The position numbers and the translations under genes were made by a program. Below are positions 1 to 12,849 of a DNA stretch of 64,000 nucleotides, one piece after another (position 1 is the first letter of the stretch; each line of letters begins with the position of its first letter). Below the pieces are notes generated by a model. That model saw nothing but the letters and a program-made list of their open reading frames with translations. It was not told the origin of the DNA and did no database searches. Source of the DNA: Vicugna vicugna (Eukaryota); assembly GCA_013265495.1 (NCBI GenBank), contig MU058213.1:4278001-4342000 (forward strand). The letters run 5' to 3'.

Positions 1-480
1 AAGCCGCCGGGGAGGAAAACTTGGTGAAAGCACCACTATCCCCCGAAGTGCTGGCGTGCTGGTTTCTGTGCAGGCCCCCGTAGAAAGTTGAGTGGTAGGG
101 AGGGATCAACCGACATTGCTCCGGGGCCGGTTTCCGCCTGGCGTGTGACTCTTGTACCCTCCAAGTTGTCATCATTCTGAAATTCACCTGATTGCTAATC
201 CTCCGGAAGAGAAATACTTTGGAATCTTAGAGACTTTCAGCCTTCACCACTTCGTTTTTCTCTCAGAACTCTGCTTGGAGCTGAGATGGTGAAAGAACCC
301 AGTCCAGTCTGGAACTGGAGATGTGTCTTTCTTAACGGGGTAACTCAGGAGAAAATAGCATACTTACCAGAACCGTCCGAGGAAGTATCCCAAGTCTTAG
401 CTTTAGCGGTAGCCAACCTCCCTAATTCCCTTCGCCTTGCGGAGGTGGAGCAAAAGTGGGAGCTTTTTGGCTGAAATGAT
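1..480. promoter_or_regulatory. CpG-enriched, non-repetitive element at the window edge (probable tail of a CpG island, promoter or enhancer)
   Basis: Many CpGs (gccgccgg, ccggggccgg, ttccgcc, tccggaag, accgtccga) against CpG-depleted flanks; ETS-like CCGGAAG/TTCCG motifs; truncated by the window start. Confidence 0.45.
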
Positions 481-544
481 AGGAATGTTCTAGGAATTTA
501 AGAGACTAGCTCAGCCCTCTTGCGATTTGTTTTTTCATCTCAGT

Positions 545-1010
545 TACGCATTTCACTCATTCATTCATCAAACATGTTTTCATTGGGGACTTTCTATGTG
601 CCAGTCTCTGCTGTACTTTCCAGGGATACATCAGTGAATAAAACAAATCCCTGCCCTCATGGAATCTCATTGCAATTCCTCCACTGGGGGAGAGAGACAA
701 TATATTTACAAACAAACAGATGTACAGAATAATGTCATGTAGTGATCAGTGCTATGAAGACAAAGCAGAATGGAAGGACAGACAAGGATGAAGGTGGAAG
801 CAGTGCATTTATTTTAGCTAAGTTGATCTAGAAGGGCCTCCTTGATGAAGTTACGTTTAAATAGTGATCTGAATGAAATGAGGAAGAAAGCCACGCAAAA
901 GTCTAGATGAACGACTTTCCAGAGACAAGAGCAAGGGTAAAGGTTCCGAGGCCAGTGTTTAGTGAGTTTGAATTAGTGGGAAGCAAGGTGGCCAAACTGA
1001 GTGCTGTGCA
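545..1010 (-). mobile_element. LINE-2 3' end fragment
   Basis: cattcattcatcaaaca...tatgtgccag...cagtgaataaaaca...ctgccctcatgga is the typical L2 3' end, reverse orientation. Confidence 0.6.
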
Positions 1011-1325
1011 ATGAACAGGAAAAAGTTAGAGATGGTCTTTCCGACTTCCTTCCCACTCCGCTCCAATCTAAACTGCCAGAAAAATCATTCTAAATCTTTT
1101 CTTTTAGCACATCGCTTCATGCTTTGATAATTTCATGCCTGTATTTTTCTATTCCATTAAATTTAAACTCTTCTGACTTATTTTCAAGTTCCCTCTTACC
1201 CTGTAAACCACTCCTCAGTCTACCCCTTTAATTTTAGTTAGGTCTTTCCCTCAAATATATTCATGTCCATTTATTCCTGTGTATATTTATTTATGGATCT
1301 ACTTTCACACGACTTAGTACTGATT

Positions 1326-1785
1326 CAGTAGGGATCTGTGGTTGCAAGTGACATAAAATCTAACTCAAATTGACTTAAACAGGGAAGAGAATTCATTGGC
1401 TCACGTAACTGAAAAGTTCAAGATAGTTTTGTTAGCCATGGCTTGGCTGAAGAGTTCAAATTACGTCATCAAGATTTGGATTCTCCCTGATATATTGATT
1501 ATTTCCTCTGCTGTCAGCTTCATTCTCAAGCTCAAACTCAACAAATCAGGAACCAGCAGCTCTGGGCTCACACTATCCTCACTACCAGGTCGCCATTCCT
1601 AAACTACTCACTGTTGCCAAGAGAATGAGAAGCTCAGGTTGGCCTGGTCTGATTCAGAAGCCCTTCCCAGGAGCTGAGTGAATGTGAATGGAACAATAAG
1701 GTGATTCCATTTTAGAAAGTAGGAGTATGGTCATCAGAGGAAGGGTGATGTATGTCCTGGGTAATGGAAACAGCAGACATACAAC
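1326..1785 (-). mobile_element. ERVL-MaLR solo LTR (old MLT1 family)
   Basis: ggttgcaagtgacataaaatctaactcaaattgacttaaac...cattggctcacgtaactgaaaag matches the reverse of an old MLT1 LTR 3' end. Confidence 0.55.
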
Positions 1786-2369
1786 ACATCCCTGTTGTTC
1801 TCTTCATTTTTCTAAATATACCTAAAAAAAGTTTATGCCTATTCAATGAAACAGTATTTTTTTTACCGCCACAATGTTTGCACTTCCTCCCCAAGGAGAG
1901 ATGATCCAAAGTCTCGTCTAGCTGCTGCTAACTTCAAGTCCAAGATAGCAGGATAAAGCATGTTTCTCTATCTTGCAGTGATACAGTTCTTCATGATCTA
2001 GGAACCTAAGGCTACATGACAAAATTAGTTACAAAATACTTGATAATGACAGAAAATGAAAAGAACCCCTGCAATGAAAACTCATACTTGGAAAAATGAC
2101 TATGGTAATCACACAGTGGTCTCCAGTTCATAAAGTATATCATATTTTGCTGGACAGGAATAGCAAAGGCTTCCTACCATGAGAGAGGAGAAAGTTCTTT
2201 GATCAGCCCATCTGGCTGCCACATGTTCTGCTCTTGGAGAATCTCTCATCCATTGTTCCTCCATGTCATATCTGTAATGGACCATGGGGAGGAGAATCCT
2301 CTAGGGACTATACCTCTTCAGCATTCTGCTTCCTGATACAGTAGGGATTGCAAGACCACTTGCTATGGC

Positions 2370-2790
2370 AGAGATAACTAGTTCTCACCACCAAATAGCT
2401 AGGATCCTCTTGTATTATGTTGAGGTATTGCTAGGCAGTAGCTCCATAGCCAGGGACTACATTTCCCAGCTTCCCTGCTAATCTTGGTAAAGTCATATGA
2501 CTGTCTCATTGGGATATGAGTGGAAGTCATGTGGATTACTTCTTAACAGTGTGGTTAAGAGCCAGGTAAGCGTTCTCTGGTCTTCTTTTCCTCCTGTGGC
2601 TGCACTGAAAGGACTCAAAGACTCTAGAGAATACTCCTAAGAGAGCCATGAGATGGAAGGAGTCTGGGTAGCCAGATGACCTTATAGAAGACCACCTGCT
2701 GATTAAGAGTACTGATATTGGACTCTACAAAAGTGAAAAATAAACATCTATTGTTTTCTACTAAGACTTATGCATTACCTGTTAACAGGA
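2370..2790 (+). mobile_element. ERVL LTR16-like solo LTR
   Basis: ggactacatttcccagcttccct...gtcatatgact...agatggaaggagtctggg...aaaataaacatctattg, recalled LTR16 features. Confidence 0.5.
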
Positions 2791-3582
2791 GTAAGTAACC
2801 TAGCTTTTATTCTCTAGGCTTGTTTCTCTTACAAAACAATTTCCTTTACTTCTTGGTAAGCTTCCAGTCTCTATTTGCATGTGACTATTTCCATGGAGGG
2901 GAAATACCCTCCAGAGCCAGAGGGCATATAGAACTGCAGTCTTTGCATTTAGATTCCAATAGGAGTATTTTTGTCCTTTAGTAATAGGCCTTTGTATTCT
3001 CTTCTCCTCACTTAATAGCCTACATCTTGGTTTCTGCCTGAGAACAACTTGAAACAACAGCCACTGGGTTAGCATTGCTTGAGTGAGGTCTGAGTGGATT
3101 CAGACTTCTCCCAAGCACTGGTCTTTCCCATTTCTTGCTTTTATTGGCATTAACATTCTTTTGGGGGCTTTTCCAACGCTTAATGGCTCCAGATTGTTGA
3201 AGTTCTTTTTATCATTTTTGACTGCAGCCTATAAGCAAAAATGATCATTTATAACAAAGCAGTATTTCCCCCCACCCCCACCCCACCCCCGCTTTAGATA
3301 AAGGTCAATCCTAAACTTGAGTCTTTCTCATAGGACCTAACTAAAAGCCAGAAAGTGATAGCTGATGTACTCTCAGATCTGACCTTTTACTAACAGGCTC
3401 TTTTATATTTCATGTCTGATAGGTGCATGTTCTCAGTCCTCCTATACAGCAGATGCCAGTTTAACCTGCTACTTTACTATTGAATTCCCAGCCCAGGATA
3501 GATGGGGCCTAATCTGAATCAACTGATTCAGCATTTTAAGATCTTTCTCTTACTAATCCCCACTCCTGGTACCGATTTATGA

Positions 3583-4085
3583 ATTATTAGAACTATTTTA
3601 GTTGCAGGTGACAAAATAAAAAACACAACTCAAACTGACTCATACAAAAAAAGAATATTTTGACTATTGGGTCATATAACTAAAGAACTAGTGATATATT
3701 TAGCTTAAGGCATAGCTTGATCCAAGGGCTTAAGCAATGTCATTAGAATTCTATTCCGCTTCATCTCTTGGCTCTGTCTTCTGTGCTGGCTTCATTCTCT
3801 GGCTCCATATGGTGGCTCCTGGCAGCTCCAGTTCACATAATCCTTACTGTTAGCAATCTCAGTGGAAGAGTGCATACCTCTTTCCCAGAAGTGCCAGCAA
3901 TAAGCTCCTTATATTTTATGGGCTTTGATTAGGACATGTGGCCAGAGGAATAATTACTTATGTTGTTGAGAGTGGAGTCCACTCCACCTAAAAGACATTG
4001 ACTGAGAGTGGTAGAAGAGGAAAATCAGGGTATGGTTATCAGAAGAGTGAATTGATGCTGAGTGGCAAAAAAACAAATGTCTCTC
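3583..4085 (-). mobile_element. ERVL-MaLR solo LTR (old MLT1 family)
   Basis: gttgcaggtgacaaaa...aactcaaactgact...ggcatagcttgatccaaggg; same family as 1326-1785. Confidence 0.55.
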
Positions 4086-4282
4086 TTTAGATATCAGTGT
4101 GCAGTGTTTCCTAATTGTTTCACATGTGTTGGTTTTATCCCCTTCACTGGACTGTAAGTGTCTCCAGAGCAGGATCATGTATTATATGTCTTAACAGTGC
4201 CAGCCCAGCAGGCAGTCTTCAGATACTGGCTGATTGATTGCCTCTTCTTGTAACACTAAATATGGCACACTCAAAAGGGTAA

Positions 4283-4745
4283 AAAGGAAAAAAAAAAGGT
4301 TAAAAGAACTTAATAAAGGGTCAATTTACAGAGGTAAATATATAGTGGGATGGGTTAAGGGAACCAACCAACAATGGTAAAGCACTTAAAGACTGGTAAC
4401 AATGAGAAGCCTTAAACCTGAAGGAGTAGAGGAAGGGAGCTTTTAATGGAACCCAGTAAGGGCCGTAGTTTGGAAGGGGATGCCTGACAAAAGCTGTGAC
4501 TATAAATAGAGAAATGCAGCCACTGCCAAATGTGGCCCAGCAAAGGACAGGGAATAAACACTTGTCTTCTTTTTCTCCCACTCTCTGTACTTCTGTTGGT
4601 ACCTCCCACTGGCAAAACCCAACCAGAAGCTAGAGGGCTTGGATGGTATAGTCTTTAGATATCAGTCTACATTATAGAGCAAGGCAAACAGGGTGAAAAA
4701 TGGACAAATAGATCTGGAGGAGCAAACGGAAGATAACCAGGACAT
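4283..4745. mobile_element. Probable ancient ERVL-type LTR fragment
   Basis: gggttaagggaacca...ccccactggcaaaacccaaccagaagctagaggg resembles ancient LTRs; family not securely identified. Confidence 0.3.
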
Positions 4746-5651
4746 CCCTGTTATATTCCTTTGAGCAACCCTAAATAAAAATAATTCTTATTCTTCAGTG
4801 TTTGCCAGATAGCCTGCATCTACCAGGAGAATGTAATTTTACCCTATTCTATAAATTTGTTAAATATATAACTAATGGGGCTTAATTTTTATGGTATTTT
4901 AAGACTTTTAACATTCATGCATTCATAAATCATAAAAAGTCTATGCAGTTAAAAAGTTATCATCGTTGTATTGACATGGAACTCCTCGAGAATATTGTAC
5001 CTGGCAACCCATCAGAAAGCCCTGGCACAGCACTTGTCAGATGGAGACAAATTTGATAACTGTTTGATGATTTGAAGAATGATTAAATGATAAAGCATTT
5101 CAAGCCACACTTTAAATGGTGAACTACATGGGTTTTCTTTGTTAGAGGCTGATGCCAACTATACAACACCTACCAATCCTCTCTCTTAAAGTTTGACATC
5201 AGCATCTTAGCTCTTGATCAAGGAATTGTCTCACAGAAAATAGAACTGCGATAAATTTTCTTTGTCAATCTTTAGAAGTAAGAAGTTCTATAATTAGCTG
5301 TCATGCTATTAAACTCACTCTAAGGTCCACTTCAGTTAAGGTGCTATTTTTTTTAACCTAAAACTGAGTTTCTTCATGGAATTGTCATTCAACTGAAAGA
5401 AAATAAATAGTCCCGCTTCAGTATATAAACTGGCATTATAAAATGTCAGTCCAAACTATTTCTCTAACAGATTTTAGTTAAGCCAAAAAACCACACTTTT
5501 GTTCTTTTGCAATCTTGCGTATATAGAGCTTAAACAGTTTACAAAATGCTTTCATATGTATCACCATTCATTTACTCATACAACAAATGGTACTGAGTAC
5601 TTACTATGTGCCACACATAATCTGTGCCCTCATGGAACTAACTTACAGTCT

Positions 5652-5805
5652 AGAGCAATGTTTCTCAAGCCTAAATGAAAAATATGAATCTCCTGAGGCT
5701 CTTATGAAAATACAGGTTCTAAATCCGAGATGGGGCCCAAGACTACATTTGTAGCCAGCTCCCACTGATGCTGATGCTGCTCATCTGGGGACCCCACTTT
5801 GTGTA
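5652..5805. mobile_element. MER5A-like hAT-Charlie DNA transposon
   Basis: gcaatgtttctcaag...gatgctgatgctgct...ggggaccccactttg. Confidence 0.6.
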
Positions 5806-6009
5806 TCAGGAGTCTCATGGATTCATTTAATCCCTACAACAACAACAACATCATAAGATATGTATCAGTGTTTTTTATCTTATTGTGAGTATTTACTACA
5901 TATAAAGCACTGTGCTATATACATTGTTGACAGAGTTCAGTTAGGCCTAGGCCATTTGGAAACTCACTATATAGCAGGAAAAAAAAAACTAGTCTAACAA
6001 ATAATTATG

Positions 6010-6275
6010 GATGTATGATCTATTTACGAAATAATCCAGAAAAGGCCAATCTATAGAGACAGAAAGTAGATTGGTGGTTGCCTAGACCAGGGGTGGGAAT
6101 AGGGATTAACTGTAAATGGTCACAAAGAATCTTATTGGGTTGATGAAAATGTTTTAAAAACTGGATCATGGTAATGGCTGCACAACTCAGTAAATTTACT
6201 AAAAATTATTGAATTATACACTTGAAATGGTGAATTTTATGATATGTAGATTATACCCCAATAAGGTTATAAAAA
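6010..6275 (+). mobile_element. L1MB-type LINE-1 3' end
   Basis: ggccaatctatagagacagaaagtagattggtggttgcc...tgaattatacacttgaaatgg...ccccaataa. Confidence 0.7.
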
Positions 6276-6602
6276 TATTTATGATATAATGTGAACAAAT
6301 GTAGTAATAGAGGCTAAGTGATTAGCCCAAAGTCACATAACTAGTAAATGACAGAGTTAGCATATAAATCTAGTCCTATTAGGCCAAGACTCATCATTGT
6401 CAGAAACCTCATCACCAGAGGAGGCATAGAGATGTATGCCGGGAAACAGACACCCTTCTACCAAGTAGCGGCTTCACCTCTCTCAGAATCGTCATCGCCA
6501 GGTTTGGTAGAGACCATCCTGAGTGTTGACCCAGGTAGCATCTGTACTTATACTGCCAGTTGATGGGCTGTGCCAGCTATCTTCTGGCAGACCCTTTGGC
6601 TT

Positions 6603-6905
6603 CATCAGGATTCTTAGTTTCAAGCAACAAAAATCAATTCTGACTGACTTAAAAGCAAAGAAAGCGAGTAGCTCACTGAATCGTTCTGAGGGTTGACAAC
6701 CAAGCTCAGAACTGCCCCGAATCATAGTGCAGAAATAGCCCAGTGGGGAGATTGCTATCAATGATGCTGCCCAGGATGCTGGGCTCTGCCTCCTTCTTCT
6801 GCTACCTTCAGTATCCTGGGAACTTAACCTGGCAGCTGTACTTCTGCAGGAGAGAGAACTGCCTGCTATCCTTGCTTCTTTGTGTTACTGGTTCTCTACT
6901 CAAGG
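6603..6905 (-). mobile_element. Old MLT1-like LTR fragment
   Basis: tcaggattcttagtttcaagcaacaaaaatcaattctgactgacttaa. Confidence 0.4.
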
Positions 6906-6909
6906 CCAT

Positions 6910-7085
6910 GTATGGGTGTAGAGCTTCTGCTTGGAGTTATGGAAAAGTTTTGGAAATAGTAGTGATGGGCACGCAACACTGTGAATGTGATCAATGCCCC
7001 CAAATTACACACTTTAAACATGGTTAAAATGGCAGATTCTATGTTAGCTATATTTTATCACAATTTTTAAAAAGTTTAAAAAATC
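6910..7085 (+). mobile_element. LINE-1 (L1MB-like) 3' end
   Basis: ggaaaagttttggaaatagtagtgatgg...cactttaaacatggttaaaatgg...ttttatcacaattttta. Confidence 0.6.
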
Positions 7086-7261
7086 CCCCCCCCACAATGA
7101 ACAGAAATGAACAAACAGGAAGGGAAATGAATATAACTGCCTACAAGAAAACATGTATACCAGTTTTCTATTTTGGCATGATAGATTGTAAGTATTAAGT
7201 GATCAGAACATGGAAACTCAATAAATTCAATCCCACTCTGAGTTCTGCTTCAGTTTAAAAA

Positions 7262-8225
7262 AATTTATTTTCAGATTTATTGACATATAATTGACATATG
7301 ATGAAGTGTACGATATATAAGTGCACATGTTTAAGGTATATGATTTGAGAAGTTTTGTCACATGTATACATCCATGAAACCATCACCACAGTTAATATTA
7401 TGAACACATCCAACACTGCTAAGTTTCATTTTTTGATGCTCCTTTGAGATTCCTCTCTCTCCTGCCCACGCCTCTCCTTTCCAAGCAACCCTGATCTGCA
7501 TTGTGTCACCATAGATTAGTTTGTACTTTCTAGAATTTAAGTAAATTAAATCATACATTATGCACTCTTTTTATCCAGCTTTTTTCACTCAGCATAATTA
7601 TTTCCAGACTCATCCATGCTGTCATGTGCATCAACAGTTTATTTCTTTATATTGCTGAGTAGTATTTCACTGTATGTATATACCACAGTTTATCTATTCA
7701 CTGTTGAGAGACATTGGTCTTTTCCCATTTGGGGGCTATTACAAACAAAGCTTCTTTGAATATTCATGCACAAGTCTTTGTATGGACATATGCTTCCATT
7801 TCCCATAGGTAACTATCTAGGAGTGGAATGACTGGATCATATAATAGGTATATATCTAAATTTTTAAGAAATTATCAAACTGTTTTCCAAAATGGTTGCA
7901 TTATTTTATCTTCCCACTAGCAGTATATGAGGGCTCCAATTCCTCCATTGTCACAAAACTTGGCATGTTCAGTCCTAAATTTTGACCAATCTAATAAAGT
8001 GTAATGGTATCTCATTGTGATTTTTTAAAATTGAAGTGTAGTTGACTTACAATGTTGTTTTAGTTTCTGATGTACAGCAAAGTGATTCAGTTATGCATAT
8101 ATATTCTTTTGCAGATTCTTTCCTATTACAGTATATTGCAAGATATTGAATACAGTTCCCTGTGCTATACAGTAGGACCTTGTTGTTTATCTGGTTTTAA
8201 TGTTTAATGTTTAAGTTTCCCTAAT
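7262..8225 (-). mobile_element. Old LINE-1 (L1MA/MB) 3' region with a younger cetartiodactyl-type L1 3' end nested at ~8020-8190
   Basis: Reverse L1 ORF2 end/3'UTR motifs (ttcactcagcataa, ggaatgactggatcata, ggtatctcattgtg); interrupted by tttttaaaattgaagtgtagttg...cctgtgctatacagtaggaccttg; host resumes at ggttttaat. Confidence 0.7.
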
Positions 8226-9269
8226 AATATGAAGGATGAATGTTGTTAACCCTAAATGTTAATGGTTCTGAAGGATCAGAGTTAACTTTTAAATATACCT
8301 ATGAATTGCAACTTCATTTAATGAGCTTTGACTAATAGCACCTTTATCCCACAGAACCTGACCACATGAACCAAATAAATAAAGAAAATAATTGATGACA
8401 ATCACTGTTGGCTTCCCTCTGGACACTGATATTATAATTTGATTTTCTTCCTAAAGGAAAGGGTTGCAGCCTATGTCCAGAAGTTTTAGGAAAATAGCTT
8501 TCAAACATCTGTTTGGGAAAAAGACAGATTGCATCATGTATAAATTGGAATTAGCAGTATCACATTCCAAAAATTAAAGAAAACTTTTAGTACTCCAAAA
8601 TGTATACCAATTGCATTTATTTGAAAGATATTTTAACTTACTTTAACATTTTAGCCAGTCCAAATATTCTAATCAGCCAAATAGAGGATTTGGGGTGGCT
8701 GGGAGATTGCAAATCTCCTTCTATAACCTTTTGCATAGTTATCAGTGGGCTGCTTCCAATACAGTTTATCAGAAAAAAATCTTCCATTTATCACACTCCC
8801 ACCAAGTCTTATGCTCTTGCCTGATGATGAAATGTCTAGGGACTGTGAGACGGATTTCAGTTCTAAGAAGCAGAATATCTTTAAGAGCTGATGAGTGTTA
8901 GAGACTAAACATCCATACTTTCCTTCCTACCAGAGGTTTTATATTATGCTTGCTGCCACCTTTTAATTAACTGTTAGCGAGCTCCACTCTAGAGGCAGAT
9001 GGCTGCAATAGGTGAATGATATACGCTGGTTTATATGCCGTAAATGGGCCAATTGACTAGCTTTTCTTTAAACATAAAATAATAGCAAAAACATTTATAA
9101 GTACACCATCAGTCACTTATACATGCTCTTTCTATTAAAGGCTAAGTACTTAATTTCTAATAGACAATGGTAAGAAGCTACCAAAAGCCTCTTTTTCCCC
9201 ACTAATGGGCTGGTTAAATAAATAATAGCATATGCATAAGATGCAGCCATTACAAATCTTTTCCAGGGC

Positions 9270-10860
9270 TCCTTGGAAAAAGGGCTGGTTTCAGGACTGG
9301 AGCAGGAAATTACAAGGTGATCCTGGAACACCTTGTCATCTTGTCAGACAGTAAGTATCAGAGACTTCTGGGTCATGTCAAAAGGGATATTGTGGTTAAA
9401 ATGGTGAAAGATCAACGTATGAATGAGCAAAAATGTCACTCAGTCTGTGAAGCCTTGTCCTAGCATCCTGCTTCATATAATAAGCAGATTTATTCACACA
9501 CTCTCCTAAATTCAGTTTGTTCTTATTATGGTATGAAGTCTTTCCTTTTTAAAAGTAGTTGTATATGTGCGTATCTCTCCTATAGATAACAAGCTTCCTA
9601 TTCACTAGGTCTAGATTTTACCAGTATTTATACTCTTGGCTTATAAGAGAGCCTTAATAAATCTGTATTGAGTTAATGCAGAAATAAAAACAAACAAACA
9701 AACAAAAGCCAAAACAAAATAAAGCAAAAAACAAAAGGGACTCGGGCACCAACTTGAAGATTCTCCCATTGGTCAAAGAGGAAACAATCTGAGTATTAAT
9801 TAGGATAACCGTAATGGACTGAAGCATATTATATACATGTTTCAATCTATTAGCTCAGATTGATACTCTAAAACAAAAAACTACTGGTATGCTTGGAAAA
9901 ATGCCAAGGAATTGACTCATTATTTTGAAAACTGGTGAAGAGAAGAATCAATCATCTATCTCACTTCTCATAAACAGATGGTACCTCAGACTAACCTAGC
10001 ACTTGACAAGAGGAAGTTTCTCTTTACAGGGTATTCCAGCTAATAATCAATGCAGAAATGATAGAATATCATCATATTGTAATCCAAATGAAATAATGCA
10101 ACTAGGAAGTGGTCATCCATGATGCTAACTTCACAAAAAAGGGACAAGCAGACATTACTTGCCTCCTGTATATAACATCACATATGGAATATTCCTGCCA
10201 AAAATCAAACTAGAATTTGATTAAGCCTACGTGTATAAATAATAACTTGCAGAAAACACAGGTGAAAAAGAAACATATTAAATGACACCAGGAGATTTAC
10301 AATAAGAAAATCCATACTGTGGAAAATCCTAGAGGACGAAGTACACAATTTTGCTTTAACAAAGCAATTGAAAGAGGAGGGAGACGCCATGGATTAACAA
10401 ACTTACATATTAAACAATTCACTGTGTGGATATTTTTTGGATCCCAATTTGCACAAATCAACAGTAACAATATTCGTAAGGCAGTTTGGGGAAATTTGAT
10501 TGGAAATCACTCTCTTAAAGAGATACCTGCATTCCTATGTTCAGTGCAGCATTATGGTATTCACAGTATCCATCTACTTTCAGTTACTGTCTGAATATTT
10601 GATGATATAAAAGCATTTTTATAAACACTGTAAATGTAATAATGATATTGTCATATTTTTAGAGGCATCCTATCTTTTAGGTGTAAGTGCTGAACTATTT
10701 GTGGGTGAAATGATTTGATGTTTGCCTCAAATTAAAATGAAGGTGGGGATGCTTGAATAATTGTTGAAGCTGTGTAGTAGGTTCAAGGGCATTCATTATG
10801 CTGTTCTTTCTACTTTTGTATGTGTTTGACATTTTTCATGAAATAATTAGATTTTTAAAG
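9270..10860 (+). mobile_element. L1MC4/5-like LINE-1 3' UTR fragments (interrupted)
   Basis: ggagcaggaaattacaagg...cctggaacaccttgtcat; ttgttgaagctg...ttctttctacttttgtatgtgtttga; homologous to 59040-61060. Confidence 0.5.
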
Positions 10861-12849
10861 TGTGTTTAGAGTATAATCTCAATTTTAAGTTTGTAATATA
10901 AATGCAGAGAATCAGTTCCCACTTAAACATATGTCCTCCCCCAGACTCTACTTTCTTACCAATTAATCATCTGAATGTTTCAAATAGTTCTTTTCTATAA
11001 GTTCTCTATGTGTACCTATCTCTAAGTCAGTTCAGTTCTACAGATGGAGAGGGAAAAAACAAAACAAAACCTCACAGATGATGTTATTGATGAGCTAGTT
11101 GCATTCTTGTGCTCTGTCCTTCTGGGACCAATAGTTTTTGAGATGTTCAAGAGTAGAAGACTGATCTGTAGTGAAGAGACCCCTGCTTCTCTGAGAGAAG
11201 TTAACGGATCCTTCGGGGACAAGCCTATGATTTTGATCTCATTAGCATTGTGAGCGCCATTCAAGTGTGACTGACAGTCACACAAGTCAATACAGGGGTA
11301 CTTTGGGAGAGCCAAGCGAGAGGGTTTTTTTTCTTATAGACTGATGCTTCTATTCTTACGGAGCTCATCAGAAATACAAATCAGAGCACTTTTGATTCAA
11401 CAAATGAATGTAATGAAGCTGCATTTCTAAGAAAACCGCATTATTGGGCTAGAAGAGAAATAAATTCTAAATTGCTTATTCAAATAAAAATGTTACTGAA
11501 GGAAATGGAAATATATTCTAGATGATTATTAATGCTTTCATTTTCACTTTCTTTAATGCTAGGTCAGTTCATATCTGTAGACCAAATGCAAACGTAGAGA
11601 CTTAGAAAGCAAAGAATATTTACAACTTTGCCAGTTTTAATCCCACCAAGCAGACTTTATAAAAAATAGAGCAAAATCAAGATGGAACACCATCAGACCA
11701 TCAGAAGTAGAATGGAAGACAGTGGCCAAAGGCCTGGGATAGAATGAGCCAGGCCCATCCAGTATTTTCCTCACGTTTCATTCCCAGTTTCAGAGGAAGT
11801 AAGAGATGTTTAAAATACGCAATGGCATCCTTTTTATCATGCTATTGAATATAGTTTGAAGCTTAAGGTAATATGTTTAAAGATTAGAAACTATAAAAAA
11901 AATCCTGTAGGCTTATAATGCAAATGAAACAGGAAAAATTATAGTAAGATATTTTGGATTTAGAGAAGAATGTGCCAATCACCAAAACTTAATATGTAAT
12001 TGCATAAAAATGCTAGTGCAGAGAAATTAGAAATTCAACAGATGGTCCCCAAATAAAATATTTTTTCAGTATATGCCAACAATTGTTCCTTAACTCCTCT
12101 CAAATTTAAGTGTAGATAATTAAGTGCAATCTAAATCATCCAATCCAAGTCAATTCATTTTATCAAATCACCCAGGGGAATGAACTCAAGACAAGGCAAC
12201 TTTCACTGAAAATACAATTTCTCATTTAATTAATAAACAATGACTAAAGGATTATTGGGGTTAGAGAAAAGATACAGTTATTAACAAGAAAAAGAAAAAT
12301 ACATGCTTTACCCCTGAAGAGGTCCTAGTTGAGAGAAACTGAGCATGTGCAGCTAAGAACTTGAGAATATTAATCACGTATTTTCCTGATTTTTCACAAA
12401 TGTTAATAAACAACAAATCGGTTGTAATAGACTGAATTTTCCAAAGATATCGATGACTTGTAAGAAAAGATCTGTAAGATTTGACATGTGGTAAGACCTG
12501 AACTTGGTGTCACCCAGCATCCTTTTTCTGGACTTTTCGCCAGCAATAACTTTTGCTCTTAGCAACTGTTTTTAAATGGTTAATTCATATGCATTTTATT
12601 CTTTTCAGCGTTGCTTTCCCTTGTTAGGTACATGTCTCCAGTGGTCTTTATCTACTCAAGGTAACTATACTCTGGAGGCCCACTTCATATTCATCTTTCT
12701 TATCCTGAGGCATTATGGACCCCACAGGGCTTAGTCACACTAAGTTATATTGACCAGAGAAAAGTAATATGTGCTTTACAAATGATGTGACATATAGAGT
12801 TATTTTTTAAAAATACTTCCAAACCAGTACTTCATTTAACAATTTTTTT

